Program-made: the position numbers and the translations under genes
Notes under the pieces: generated by a model
The model's database searches: none
What the model was told of the DNA's origin: nothing
Seen by the model: only the letters and a program-made list of their open reading frames with translations
Assembly: GCA_026770705.1 (NCBI GenBank)
Contig: JANJGN010000026.1
Span: 39,246,001-39,310,000 of the forward strand
Origin: Isurus oxyrinchus
Lineage: Eukaryota
Reading direction: 5' to 3'
DNA: 64,000 nt
Shown: one piece after another, positions 40,066-52,711 of the stretch
How the letters are laid out: each line of letters starts with the position of its first letter
Position numbering within the stretch: the stretch's first letter is position 1

Positions 40066-40153
40066 CGCTCACTGGGGCCAGAATTCAACAATCCGGGAGT
40101 TGGTTTGTTCACTGAGTTCTGGACAGAACCATTTTCACCAAATGACCAGAAGG

Positions 40154-40199
40154 ATGAGGTCGGCGATTTCTCTCAGTTTGTTGCTGACTTTCTTATCCG
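40154..40199 (+). CDS. IGHV: IgH V leader exon (signal peptide MRSAISLSLLLTFLS-G)
   Basis: Hydrophobic leader with phase-1 donor G|GTGAGT; an in-frame upstream ATG is present at 40142. Confidence 0.93.
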
Positions 40200-40327
40200 G
40201 TGAGTAGTTTTTATTGTCCAAGTCTCTCACTGTTACTGTCTCAGTGTTAGTCTCTCTCTGGAATGTTACAGAGTCAAGAATTATTTCACCAGAATTAACC
40301 CTCGGGGTTTTTGATATATTTTTACAG

Positions 40328-40632
40328 GTGTCCAGTCGGAGATTGTGTTGACTCAGCCAGAGGCAGAGACCGGGCGTCCCGGAGGCACCCTGACACTGAC
40401 CTGTAAAACCAGCGGCTTCAATCTTGGCAGCTATTGGATGAACTGGGTCCGACAGGTTCCTGGACAGGGGCTGGAATGGCTCCTTAACTACTATAGTTCA
40501 TCCAACAACAACTACGCCCCAGGAATTAAGAATCGATTTACTGCGTCCAAAGACACTTCAAGGAGCATCTTCTCCTTGGACATGACGAGCCTGAAGACTG
40601 AAGACACCGCCATCTATTACTGTGCAAGAAAC
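40328..40632 (+). CDS. IGHV: IgH variable segment, germline, open
   Basis: Acceptor TTTACAG; (G)[69 protein letters not shown] with canonical Cys, Trp and Cys. Confidence 0.98.
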
Positions 40633-40671
40633 CACAGCGAGAGGAACCAGGGCTGGACCCGAACAAAAACA
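40633..40671 (+). other. VH 23-RSS
   Basis: CACAGCG - 23 bp - ACAAAAACA. Confidence 0.95.
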
Positions 40672-41039
40672 GATCGAGAGGGATTCAACAACTTCCATCG
40701 TAACCTGACGGTCAGTACTTGTTTTAAATGTAATATTAACTGTAATGATCAGAACCAGACAACAAGCCGCTTCTGACAAAAATAAAACAGCAAATTTAAC
40801 AGTAAAACATAACAAACCAATTGATATAATGGGCTGAGCTTTTGCTGTGTTTATATTTACTGTTAACAGTTTCCACAATTACAGTCCTGGATATAATGTT
40901 CATTTTAATATGTCTGATACTTGGAGGAGGGTCTCTGTTCATTGAGTTTTGTAAATTGCTGCATGAATTCTAAAGAAGATCAGAAGTAAACGTCTATTTG
41001 AAGTGAATATTAAGAAGCAGCATTGAACAGAGTGGGTGC

Positions 41040-41119
41040 AGTTTTTGTGCGGGTGTATTTCACTGTGATACCACAGCGGGTCACAGTGCTGTGCATAGCG
41101 ACATCCTCATACAAAAACC
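41040..41119 (+). other. IGHD: D1 segment (coding 41068-41081, ATACCACAGCGGGT) with 5' 12-RSS and 3' 22-RSS
   Basis: AGTTTTTGT-12-CACTGTG [D] CACAGTG-22-ACAAAAACC; all three frames are open. Confidence 0.95.
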
Positions 41120-41412
41120 TCAGAGAAGGAGTTTGTTTAAATTCGTGATCTCTAACACAGCAGGAACGACAAAGAAAATGATAGTTAAATAACATAATGG
41201 GTCGAGGTTTGCAAAAAGGTATTCCACTTTGTTCGTAGTGACGGACATGCCAAATCTGCAGAGATTTTGAAAGTATTCCAATCACATTTATAAATATAAT
41301 GACCAGCACAGGCTGGAATATCTCACTGATTCATTCTTAAGCGAGTCGGAATCGGGTTTTTGAGAAGGCAGTGAACTTAAATCTCTATATTTTACAGTGA
41401 ACAGTCTGCCGC

Positions 41413-41481
41413 AGTATTTGACATGGTGTGTCTCACTGTGATATACTGGATGGCACAGCAGTTACTGTCAATACAAAAACA
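41413..41481 (+). other. IGHD: D2 segment (coding 41441-41453, ATATACTGGATGG) with 12/12 RSS
   Basis: AGTATTTGA-12-CACTGTG [D] CACAGCA-12-ACAAAAACA; all three frames are open. Confidence 0.93.
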
Positions 41482-41811
41482 CCTCAGCACTAATTGAGTC
41501 TGCCTGGATCAGTGCTCGCTTTTACAATCCAACCATATTTACAATGAAGTATTATTTTTGTTCAGCATTGACCAAAGCAACGTGATTTAAGATGGAAAAG
41601 TTGTGATAATTATCCATTCATCAGTTGGTGATTTCAATAACATCTTCATGTGCTACTCTGTGAATTATAAAAAATGAGGGTCATTGATGAATAGCGAAAG
41701 ATATCCACAAACGCAAATATAATTTTGTGAGGATTCATCGTGATCTTCCTTTGCATCTGACTTATGAATATTTAGAATAATGGTGGATTTCTGTCTTTTT
41801 CGTGCAGGGAC

Positions 41812-41850
41812 GGTTATTGTATGTCACAGCCCAGGGAATGTAACACTGTG
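41812..41850 (-). other. JH 23-RSS
   Basis: GGTTATTGT-23-CACTGTG. Confidence 0.93.
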
Positions 41851-41898
41851 ACGCTATGGACTACTGGGGACAAGGGACCATGGTGACGGTGACTGCAG
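41851..41898 (+). CDS. IGHJ: IgH joining segment AMDYWGQGTMVTVTA
   Basis: WGxG motif; phase-1 donor G|GTAAGA. Confidence 0.97.
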
Positions 41899-44864
41899 GT
41901 AAGAACCATGCACTTTTTAAAAACTGTACTATTTAAGTCTTTGCTTTACATTTTTGTCTATTTTAATAATTCACTCGTTGACTGAAATGTGGGTTTGGTG
42001 GATTCTGTGTGCAGATTTTTTTACAATGCTTCATGCGATTCTGCTGAAATTGAGTTATATAATTCCGCTGTGTCTTGACAAAAAAGTGTTACTGAGGGAT
42101 TGAGTCCCTGGTTGTTGTGATTTGGTGTTTATCTGCTGAGGATACTGTGTGACCGGGCTACTTGAAATGTCTAACGTTTGTTAAAACAGTTTGACGTTTC
42201 TGCAATGTTTAATCTCGGTGACATCTAATGGCTGCGGGTTTTACCATCTGTTACACAGGGTTTAAATATGTCTGAAATCAAGCCTAATTTAAACAAAATG
42301 TGCTTAAGTTTCAATGTTAATTTATTGAACATGTTCCGCCTACTCACAATGCTGGTGCCATTATTCCATATTTCTGTTTAGTTTAATTATTCATTCATTT
42401 GGTGACGATCGAGTTGTCTGGATTCGTTGTTGAGTTTTTCTTGCAATGTGACATTGAATTCTGTTGGAAGTATTTGTTCAATTGAGCTGCTTCTCCATGA
42501 AACAGGTTTCAGCCCCTCAGTGATGTGATTCTGGTGTATTTTCTGCTGAGGAGATTGTGTGTCTGGGTGACTTTGAATTAGTAGAATTTGTGAAACGGTT
42601 TGGCGGTTCTGCATTGTTTCTGCTTTGTTTAAACTCGGTGACATTGAGCGGTTACACGTTTTGTGGTTGAATGGAAACAGTCTACGCGTTTGTATCTGCT
42701 TGAAGCGCGATTGTAGGCAGAAAACAGGTTTCAGAAATGGGGAAAAAGCGTTTAACGATGCCTTAGAACATTTTGTTTTTATTTTAAGTGATAATTGCAA
42801 ATTAAACTAAATCATGGATAATGACGCTCATTCAGAACATAACTCGGTACTGCAATCAGAAACTATATAATTAACAAGTTTTCAAATTGTAAAGTAAAAT
42901 GAATATAATTCAAACAATTATAATATGGTAATATTTCTCCATATTGACGGAACAACTTTCATATTAACATAATTGCTCATTAATCGTCTTTCACAATTCT
43001 GCTGTGCACTGCGCACTATTAAGATGATAGGAAAAGTTTTTAGGCTGGAAACATTTTGTGATTATGTATTAAAAAAATCAATAAGAATATACTGACTCTA
43101 CAGAATTGTTCAGATTCACAAGAGATTTTGAATTATTTTTTTAGATCCCTGATAACCTTTATCTTAAAATCTTAAAACCTTATCTTAAAGACTTAAAGAG
43201 GAGTTTGACATTGCAGTTTGGCAATATGTGTATCCGTTTATTACAACCTTTCTGTGCAACCAGAGCCGCATTATTCCTTCAATGTCATTGGGATTTGGAT
43301 AGCGAGATAATTGTCACTAGTTTAATCTTAAACAGTTTTTTGGGGGTAGAATTTGCTGGCAGTAAATGAATTGTTCTTACATTTTCTTGAAATGTAGGAA
43401 GGTGCAGACTGCATATGAATAGAGATTGACAAGTAAAAGCTTGAAATTCGAACAGATTAATTTAATTGCAAACATTAATATTAGTTTTGAGCTTAATAAC
43501 AATACCTCCCATAGTTGTGCTGGACACAGAATAGAATTATAGGGGAAGAACAGATTATATCTGAGATTCACGCTTAATTCTTATTAAATGTTAAATTGAA
43601 GAACAAAATCTCGAATCCTTTTGCTGGTTATATTTCAGTGGCGCAGATGATCTGAATGAATTGTTCTCATCAAGTTTTATACTGATCAATTTGGATCTTC
43701 TTTCAATGAACAACATATTTAACCATTAAATTATAGGGATTGTTATCTAGGAAGCACTTTTATTGTTAAGTAACTGCTAGGAACATTTTTTACATATAGC
43801 TTGGAATTAAGACAAGTTTGCTTTAACCAACAGATGGTGTTACAGCCCATCGACAGTTAATGTGATGTGACCCCCGGCCATATTTGAAAATATTTAAAAT
43901 ATTCCACTCATAAAGTCATCGTGTGAATTACTCGATGAGAATAGATGGAATTTATGATTTCTCAATGCGTTCAGAAACACGCATAGTTTACAATTTTGTA
44001 CGTTAAAACAGAGCAGTGGAAGTAAAAGTAAAATAGTAAATAATGATTAGATTTAAGTAAAATTGATATACTTCTCTGAATGTTACCATCTGGTAATTTC
44101 AAGTTTATTGTTCAACATTGTTTCAGTGTCAGGTTGATTTAAATAAACCCCAATTATTTCACAAAGTACCAGGGAGAAACAAGTTTTCAATTATTGAAAA
44201 CCATTTTTAATATTATAGAGTAGAAATCAGCTAACAAGAAAATGAATTGACAATAACAAGATAATTAACTTACAAGATAATATTAGTGAAAATTAATTCA
44301 ACATAAATAAACTCCAACAATTAAGTAGTCATTATAATGAATGCAAAATCTCAAAGGGTGGAGAGAATTTTTAATTGTATCCAAAATGAATTTAGAAAAG
44401 AATACTTCCTTAGTCAGCTGTGCTCAGCTCGATAAGGTGTTTCGCCTTGATGATTTTCTTGATTATATTTATATCTACAATCACATCAAATCAGTGGGTA
44501 ATCGATTTTCAATGTGACTATTTCCTGATTTGTTTAATTCTTACCTTGTCATTGAGTTTCTGTTACGGACATGAAATTACCCTGAATCTGTCATATTTAA
44601 TGTGCTCATTTTCAGGGTAACTTAAATCTTACATTGTTTGGAGATTTGAGGCAGACAGGGAGAATTAAATGGAGTTCAAAGGGAGTTTTAAAATGAAAAT
44701 CAGATTAATTTCAAAGAAGTTATAGAATAATTGTAGTAAATTGACCATTGATCAATTAGAATCAAACAGCTTGAATAAAATGGACAGATTGAACAGATCT
44801 ATCTGCTGGGAACTCACTTGTTGCATCATTTATGTCTGTTCTGTGCCTGTGCGCGTGGTCACTA

Positions 44865-45345
44865 TGCTGGGACCAGGATTCTGACATATTGACAGTGAAG
44901 GAACGGCGATATAATTCCAAGTCAGAATAGTGGGTGCCTTGGAGGGGAACGTACAGGTGACAGTGTTTCCAAGCACCTGCTGCCCTTGTCCTTCTAGTTA
45001 GCAGAGATTGTGGGTTTTAAGGGTGCTCCTGAAGGAGCCTTGGCGAGTTGCTGCAGTGCATCTTGTATATGGTACACACTGCTGTCACTGTGCATCGGTG
45101 GGGGAGGGAGTAAATGTTTAAGGTGGTGGATGGGGTACCAATTCTGTGGGCTGCTTTGTCCCGGATAGTATCGAGTTTCTTGGGGTTTTTTGAAGTTTCA
45201 CTCATTGAGGCAAGTGGAAACTATTCAATCCCAGTCCTGACTTGTGCCTTGTAGATGGTCAGTTGTCTTTGGGCAATAGGAGTTGAATTGCTCGCCACAG
45301 AATTCCCAGCCTCTGACCGGCTCTTGCAGCCACAGCATTTATATC
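44865..45345 (-). mobile_element. HER1-like LINE fragment in the J-C intron
   Basis: Homologous to 115-592 (KKLDTIRDKAA..IG). Confidence 0.75.
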
Positions 45346-46094
45346 AAAACTGGATTGAACCCTCTCGTGGGCATATTTGATGGAACAATGTAGAGAGAGT
45401 TTTATTTTATGTCAAACCAGTGCTGTACCTGACCCGGAGTGTTTGACAGTTCAGTGGAGAATTGGCTTTCTGTTGAATCCCATCCTTGCAGCTGATGACA
45501 GGAGTGTAGCGGAGGAGGAGTGGGGGCTTTAATCCATGTCTTAACTTGTCCTGTTCCTGACTTGAGAGCCTTTTCCCTGCAGAGGTCAAACAAACTGAAT
45601 CAGCATCGAACTAACTGGCTGTGAGTCCTAGACCAGATCTGTGAAAATAAATAGTTCCATTGCTCGGTTGAAATGACGCACATTAATTGTTTTTAACAAT
45701 ATTTCTGGAGAGAACATGTATGCATTTTAAATGAATTAATTATGTTTAAGCATTTTGAGTATCAGAAAATCATTGAATGTGAGTGACCTGAACTTGAGCA
45801 CAATTTCAGAACAAACAGAATCAGGGAGTAACAGTGAGGCTCCAGAGAGCAGCACCTGTTCTGATCTGATCAGAGGCTGCAAGTTATTTAAATGATTGAA
45901 ATGGACAATGACCAGACTCCCACTCCAAATAACCAGTCGTGGGGAATTTGGGGAAAAGAAGCCGCCATCAAATACTGAGTTATTGAATTGCCGCCTGCAG
46001 GAGGAGGAATGAATGACAGAAATAAGAGCATGAGGAGGACATTCGGCCCTTCGATCCTGCCCTCCATTCAGTAAGATCATGGTTCATCTACCTC

Positions 46095-46585
46095 GACACT
46101 CAGTCTCTTTACCACACACCCCCACTCGCTCACTCTCTGCATCACACACGCTCTCTCTCTCACACACACGTTCACTCTCTCTCTCTCTCTCACGCATTTT
46201 CTCTGACAGACACACACTGTCTCTTTCTCTCTCTGTCTCACACACACACACACAAACATACTCTCACATTCTCTCTTTCACACACACAACCTCTCTTTAA
46301 CACGCCCACACTCTGTCTCACACATTGCCTCTCTTTCACACACACTCTCACACATACTGTCTCAACTACACACACTCTCATGCACGTGCACACTGTCTCT
46401 CCAACACACACATGCACTATTTCTCACACATGCACTCTCACACACTCATTCTCTCTCACACACACACACACACACTTTCTGTCTCTGTCTCTCTCTCTCT
46501 TTCCCTCTCAAAAACACACATACACTTGCATGCACTCTCTCTCTCTCTTTCTCACGCACACACACACATTCTCACATACATATGT
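46095..46585 (+). repeat. CA/CT compound microsatellite
   Basis: Seen directly. Confidence 0.9.
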
Positions 46586-47154
46586 GGGCTGAAAATATTA
46601 ATTTCAGAATGAAAATCCGTTAAACTGCATGCATGTTCATTGTTCCATTTCTGAAGTCCTTTTGTGTAAAATGCAATTACACACGTGACATCACTATATA
46701 TGTGGAGAATTTCCAAGTGTTGAACTAAACACAAAGAAACAAGAAAATGGGAGGGATGTGATGGAGACCACGGTCGCCTGGATCCCCAATACTGGTGCAC
46801 ACTTGGTGCAAGATGCCTGCACGGCCCATCCTGGTTTTGCTGTAACCTTCCCCTCCAGTCCCTCAGTCTGCCTATTCATGCACTGACATGGGTTTCTCAA
46901 AGAAAGGAATTGGCATTATAGCAGCTGGCCAGTGCTCTACACTGCTGCCTGACTTTACACAGCCGGTGTTCCTGAAAGCTGATCAATCTGGAGAATCGGG
47001 ACAGGATCAATGGAGAGGAAGAGGAGGAGGTGGAGGTGGTGGAGCCGAATGGAGGAGCCCCCAGCTCGTCTGTGGACAACAGGCAATGGAAAGCTGAGCC
47101 AGAGCAGAAAATCATCTGGAGAAACATCACCTTGATGAGCCTGCAGACCTGGGC

Positions 47155-47985
47155 ACCCTCACTACCCACAATCACTCACCCTCATTCTCTCACTCACCCT
47201 CACTACCCATAATCACTCATCCTCACTCAATCTCACTCACTCACCCTCACTCACTCGCCATCACTCATCCTCACTCCCTCACCCACCCTCACTCACTCAC
47301 CCTCACTCACTCGCCCTCACTCCCTCCATCACTCATCCGCCCTCCCTCACCCACCCATGCTCACTCACCCTCACTCACTCACACTCACTCACCCATCACT
47401 CACGCACCCTCACTCACTCTCTCTCACTCACCCTCACTCACCCTGTCTCATTCTCACTCACTTACTCACCCTAACTCACTCACTCTCACTCACCCTCACT
47501 CACCTTTCCCTTCCGAGCCTCATTCTCACTCAATTACCCACCCTAACTCACTCACACTCACTCACTCTCACTCACCCACAGTCACTCACCCAGCCTCATT
47601 CACAGTCATTCACCCACCCTCACTTATCCACCCTTACTCATCCACGCTCACTCATCCTTACTCAAACTCACTCATTCACCCATCCTTATTCACCTACCTG
47701 CACTCACAGTCAATAACTCATCCTCCCCACCCTCACACACCCAATCACCCTCACTTACATACCCACCCTCACACACCCAGCAACTCGCACTCACCCACTC
47801 ATCCACCCTCAGTCAATCACCCACCCTCACTCACTCATCCATTCTTACTCACCCACATTCAGGCACCCACCCACGCTCACTCATCACTCACCCACGCACC
47901 CTCACTCACTCAGCCACCCGCCCTCGCTCTGTCACTCAGCCACCCTCACTTTGTCAACCATGCACAGGCTCACTCACTCGATCAC
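47155..47985 (+). repeat. C-rich low-complexity repeat (CTCA / CTCACC units)
   Basis: Reiterated CACTCACCCTCACTCA, with almost no G on the + strand. Confidence 0.9.
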
Positions 47986-48379
47986 TTTTCCTAAATCGGC
48001 GTGTGGGAGGGCGGGAACGAGAGACCTGGAAGAGAGGCCTGAGGCCTAGCAGTGCCAGAAAGTGGAGGATGGCCGAAGGGAGCGATGAGCGTCGGTCGAA
48101 AGGGCAGAGAGGCGAGGAGAAAGTGCAGAGAGCCTGGGGGAAAAGGCAGAGAGCCGAGGGGGTTGGGGTGGAAGGGCAAAGAGCCGGGGGGTTTGGGGGG
48201 AAGGGAAGAGAGTCGGGAAAAAGGGCAGGGATCCAGCAAAAAGTGCATAGAGATTGGGCAAGGGTCAGCGAGCCCGGGAACGGTCAGCGATCCAGTGGAA
48301 AAGGTCAGAGAGCCGAGCGAAAGCGCAGAGACCCGTGGAGTAAGTGCAGAGAGCTGGGGTAGAAAGCACAGGGAGGCGG

Positions 48380-50100
48380 GGGGGTGGGGTGCAGTGCAGA
48401 GAGGCAGGAGGGGGAAAGGGCAAAGAGGCGGCAGGGGGAAAGGGAAACGGCAGAGAGGCGGGGTGGAGGGCTGAGAGGCGGGGGGGCAGTGCGGAAAGGG
48501 CAGTAAAGCGGGGGGCAAAGGGCAGAGAAGCGGGAGGGGGAAAGGGCAGAGAGGCAGGAGGGGGAAAAGGCAGAGAGGCAGGAGAGGGAAAGGGCAGAGA
48601 GGCAGGAGAGGGAAAGGGCAGAGAGGCAGGAAGGGGAAAGGGCAGAGAGGCAGGAGGGGGAAAGGGCAGAGAGGCAGGAGGGAAAAAGGACAGAGAGGAG
48701 AGGAGGAAAGGGCAGGGAGGCCGGAGGAGGAAAGGGCAGAGAGGCCGGAGGGAAAAAGGGCAGAGAGGCGGGAGGGGGAAAAGGGCAGAGAGGCGGGAGG
48801 GGAAATGGGCAGAGAGGCGGGAGGGGAAATGGGCAGAGAGGCCGGAGGGAAAAAGGGCAGAGAGGCGGGAGGGGGAAAAGGGCAGAGAGGCCGGAGGGAA
48901 AAAGGGCAGAGAGGCGGGAGGGGGAAAAGGGCAGAGAGGCGGGAGGGGAAATGGGCAGAGAGGTGGGAGGGGAAATGGGCAGAGAGGTGGGAGGGGAAAT
49001 GGGCAGAGATGCGGGAGGGGAAATGGGCAGAGAGGTGGGAGGGGGAAAGGGCAGAGAGGCAGGAGGGGAAATGGGCAGAGAGGTGGGAGGGGAAATGGGC
49101 AGAGAGGTGGGAGGGGAAATGGGCAGAGAGGCGGGGAGAAAGTGCTGAGAGGCGGGAGGGGGAAAGGGCAGAGAGGAGAGGAGGAAAGGGCAGAGAGGCG
49201 GGAGGGGGCAAAGGGCAGAGAGGTGGGAGGGCGAAGGGCAGAGAGGCGGGAGGGGGAAAGGGCAGGGAGGCGGGAGGGGAAAAGGGCAGAGAGGCCAGAG
49301 GGAAAAAGGGCAGAGAGGCAGAAGGGTGAAAGGGCAGAGAGGCTGGCGAGAAAGGGAAGAGAGGCGAGGGGTAAAGGGCAATGAGGCAGGAGGGGCAAAG
49401 GGCAGAGAGGCGGGTGGGGCAAAGGGCAGAGAGGCGGGTGGGGGGAAAGGGCAGAGAGGCGGGAGGGCAAAGGGTAGAAGGGCCAGAGGGGGAAAGTGCA
49501 GAGAGACGGGAGGGGGAAAGGGCAGAGAGACGGGAGGGGGAAAGGGCAGAGAGACGGGAGGGGGAAAGAGCAGAGAGGTGGGAGGAGGAAAGGGCAGAGA
49601 GGCGGAGGGAGGAAAGGGCAGAGAGGCAGGAGGGGGAAAGGGCAGAGAGGCGGGAGGGGGCAAGTGCAGAGAGGAGGGTGGGGGTAAAGGGCAGAGAGGT
49701 GGAGGGAGGAAAGGGCAGAGAGGCAGGAGGGGGAAAGGGCAGAGAGGCGGGAGGGGGAAAGGGCAGAGAGGCAGAGGGAGGAAGGGGCAGAGAGGCAGGA
49801 GGGGGGAAGTGCAGACAGGAGGGTGGGGGTAAAGGGCAGAGAGGCAGAGGGAGGAAAGGGCAGAGAGGCAGGAGGGGGGAAGTGCAGACAGGAGGGTGGG
49901 GGTAAAGGGCAGAGAGGCTGCAAGGGAAAGGGCAGAGAGGCAGGAGCAGGCAAGAGCAGAGAGGTGGGGGGGGAAGGGCATAGAGGTGGAGGGAGGAAAG
50001 GGCAAAGAGGCGGAGGGAAAGGGCAGCGAAGCGGGCAGGGGGGAAGGGCTGAGAGGTGGCGGAATGGGGAAGGGCAGCGAGGTGGGCAAAAGTGCAGAGA
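48380..50100 (+). repeat. G/purine-rich 23-25-bp tandem repeat
   Basis: Consensus GGGCAGAGAGGCGGGAGGGGGAAA, about 70 units. The long Pro/Leu and Gly/Arg ORFs here are artefacts of the repeat. Confidence 0.95.
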
Positions 50101-50554
50101 GCCGGAATACAGTGGGGACATCCGAGCGAAAGCATTTGTGAGCCGAGGCTCCAGGCGCCCTGGGCCCCATTCTCTCTCTCTCTCTCTCTCTCCCTCATTG
50201 CATCTCCTCCTCCTGAAATCCTTTCCTTTCCTGGGGAAAGGCGATAAGTGCCTAGGAGAGAAAGGAGACAATGTCTCAGTGCGCTCCCCCCCCTCACCCC
50301 GGCCCCACCGGCTTCCTACACCTTCCTCCAGCGGGTGTTCACTGCCCCTCCAATCACAACCTGTTTGTCTCCCACTTTTCCTGCTGATAGGCCCACTAGT
50401 CAGGCTATCAGCAGCTAACGGGTCGAAGGCTCGCCTGAGATTGGGGGAGCATCTCCTTACAGATATCTTCAACTCCACTTACCTGCCTTACTAGCATTTT
50501 GAACAACGGCTCCGGGGGCCAGACAGAGGGGCTTCGGGGGCCACAATCCAGTGA

Positions 50555-52155
50555 AGGGACATGGATTGGACAAGCCCATAATAAAGGAAAATAAGGAAAT
50601 GGGCAGAGAAGTTGGCCAAATACTTTGGCCTTAACGAGGTGGTTACTAAAATGGCAGAGGCATTGGTTTTAATTTTCCAAACCTCCCGAGATTCTGGAAC
50701 AGTCTAATCAGGTTGGAAAATAGAGAATGAGGCTTTCTCTTAAAGAAAGGAGGGAAAGGGAAAGCAAGAAACTACAGGCCAGTTAGCTTAACATCTGTCA
50801 GAGCGAAAATGTTTTAATCTTTTCTTAAAGAGTATATCACGGGTCACCAAGAAAATCCAAATGCAAATATGGAGATCCATCATAGTTTTGTGAAAGGGAA
50901 ATCAATCACGTTTGGCTGATTTATTTGAGGCCTTTGAAGTAAGAAGGAACATGAATAAAGGAGAACCTGTGGGTGTGCTATACTTGGACTTCAAGAAGGC
51001 ATTTGACAAAGTGGCACGTCAAGGTTATTACACAAAATAGTGGTGTCAGCAGTAACATTTCAGCATGGATAGAAGTTTGGTTAGCTAACAGGGATAAATT
51101 GGTTATTTTAGATTGGCAAGATGTGACAAGTGGAGTGCCACAGGGATCAATGCTGCGGCCTCAACTATTTACAATTTATAACAATGACTTGAATTAAAGG
51201 ACTGAATGAATTTGCTAAATTTGCTGATAACACAAAATAGATAGCAAAGTAAATGGTGAAGAGAGGTTAAAGATCAGCAAAGGGATATCGATAGGTTAAG
51301 TGAGTGGGCAAAGAAAATGACAGATGGAGTATAATGTGGGAAAATATAAACTTGTCCACTTTGGCAGGAAGAATACAAAAGCAGCGTATTATTGAAAGGG
51401 AGAGAGATGGCAGAACCCTGAGGTACAGAGGGATGTGGATCCCTTGGTGCATGAATCACAAAAAGTTATAATGCAGGAACAGCAAGTGATGAGGAAGGCA
51501 AAGGGAATGTTGGCATTTATCACAAGGGGAACAGAATATAATGGAAGGATATTTTGCTACAGTTTAACGGGGTGGCGATGAGACCTCGTCTGAATTACTG
51601 TGTACAGATTTGGTCTCGTTTAAGAAAGGATATAAAAGCATTAGAAGCTGTTCAGAGAATGTTCATTCAAATGATACTGGGAGGTGTCGTCGGTTATCTT
51701 ATGAGGAAAGTTTGGATAGGCTGGGCCTGTATCCATCGGAGTTTAGAAGAATAAGAGCTCATTTTATTCAAACATATAATATCCTGAGGGGAATTAACAG
51801 GGTGGATGCTGAAAGGATGTTTCCCCTTGTGAGAGAGACTAACGATAGGGAACACGGTTTAAAAATAAGAGGTCTCCCATTTCAGACAGAAATGGGGGGA
51901 TTTTATTTTTTCTTTCAATGACTCGTGAAACTTTGGAACTCTCTTCCCCAGAGAGCGATGGAGGAGGAGTCATTAATATTTCAAGGCAGAGGTAGAGAGA
52001 TTCTTCATTGACAAGGGAGTCAAAGGTTAGCGGAGATTAGGCGGGAATGTGGAGTTCACGCCACAATCGGATCAGCTATGATCGGTAGTGAATGGTGGAG
52101 GAGGCCCCAGAGGCCGAATGGCCTACTCCTGCTACTGATCCGCACGTTCACATGT
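50555..52155 (+). mobile_element. CR1 LINE fragment, degraded
   Basis: NYRPVSLTSV, VTSGVPQGSML.PQLFTIY.NDL, KFADN and WNSLPQ remnants. Confidence 0.88.
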
Positions 52156-52711
52156 ACATACGATTGGAAAATATCGTACTAACAGTCACTGGTATTCAGT
52201 TTAGGGTTCTATGGTCATTATATAGGTACCATTACAAAGGTACTTTCGAAGGGTTATTGCTGTTCTTTGTTTTGGGGGGGATGTGGAGAGGGGAGGGGGC
52301 ATCAGGAAATTTGAACAGAGCCAATTTTCAAAGCTGCAATGATATAAATGATGAGACAAATTCTCTATCACCACGTGCTGTTGATTGAGAAATAAATGGT
52401 GCCAAAATAATGGGGAAGATGCTCTGCTCTTCCATTTTAATCCACTGAAAGGTACGTCATTCAGATGACATCAAAATGTTCTCTTTTAGTAATGGGATAG
52501 AGGCGGAAAAAGAGGTGTGGGTTTCTAAAGAGGGAACCGACAAGTGAGGGTCACCAAATGATGGGAATAATAAATGATCAAATGTGGATGTGGGCTTTAG
52601 TTGGAATATATTTGGATATGTTTATAGTTCTAGTCTAATGTCGAGTTGTTTGGTTACTTAATGATCACAAATCACAGAGCCTAACTTGTTCGATCGGCCA
52701 TTCTTTCCCAG

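Noticed and set aside
47991-50494. Very long ORFs (768, 737, 621 aa) on both strands
   Set aside because: They are translations of the purine-rich tandem repeat, which lacks stops in several frames at once, and lie inside the Ig intron.
41900-52700. Additional JH segments or other isotype exons in the long intron
   Set aside because: No further RSS plus WGxG motif or Ig-domain exon was seen by eye.
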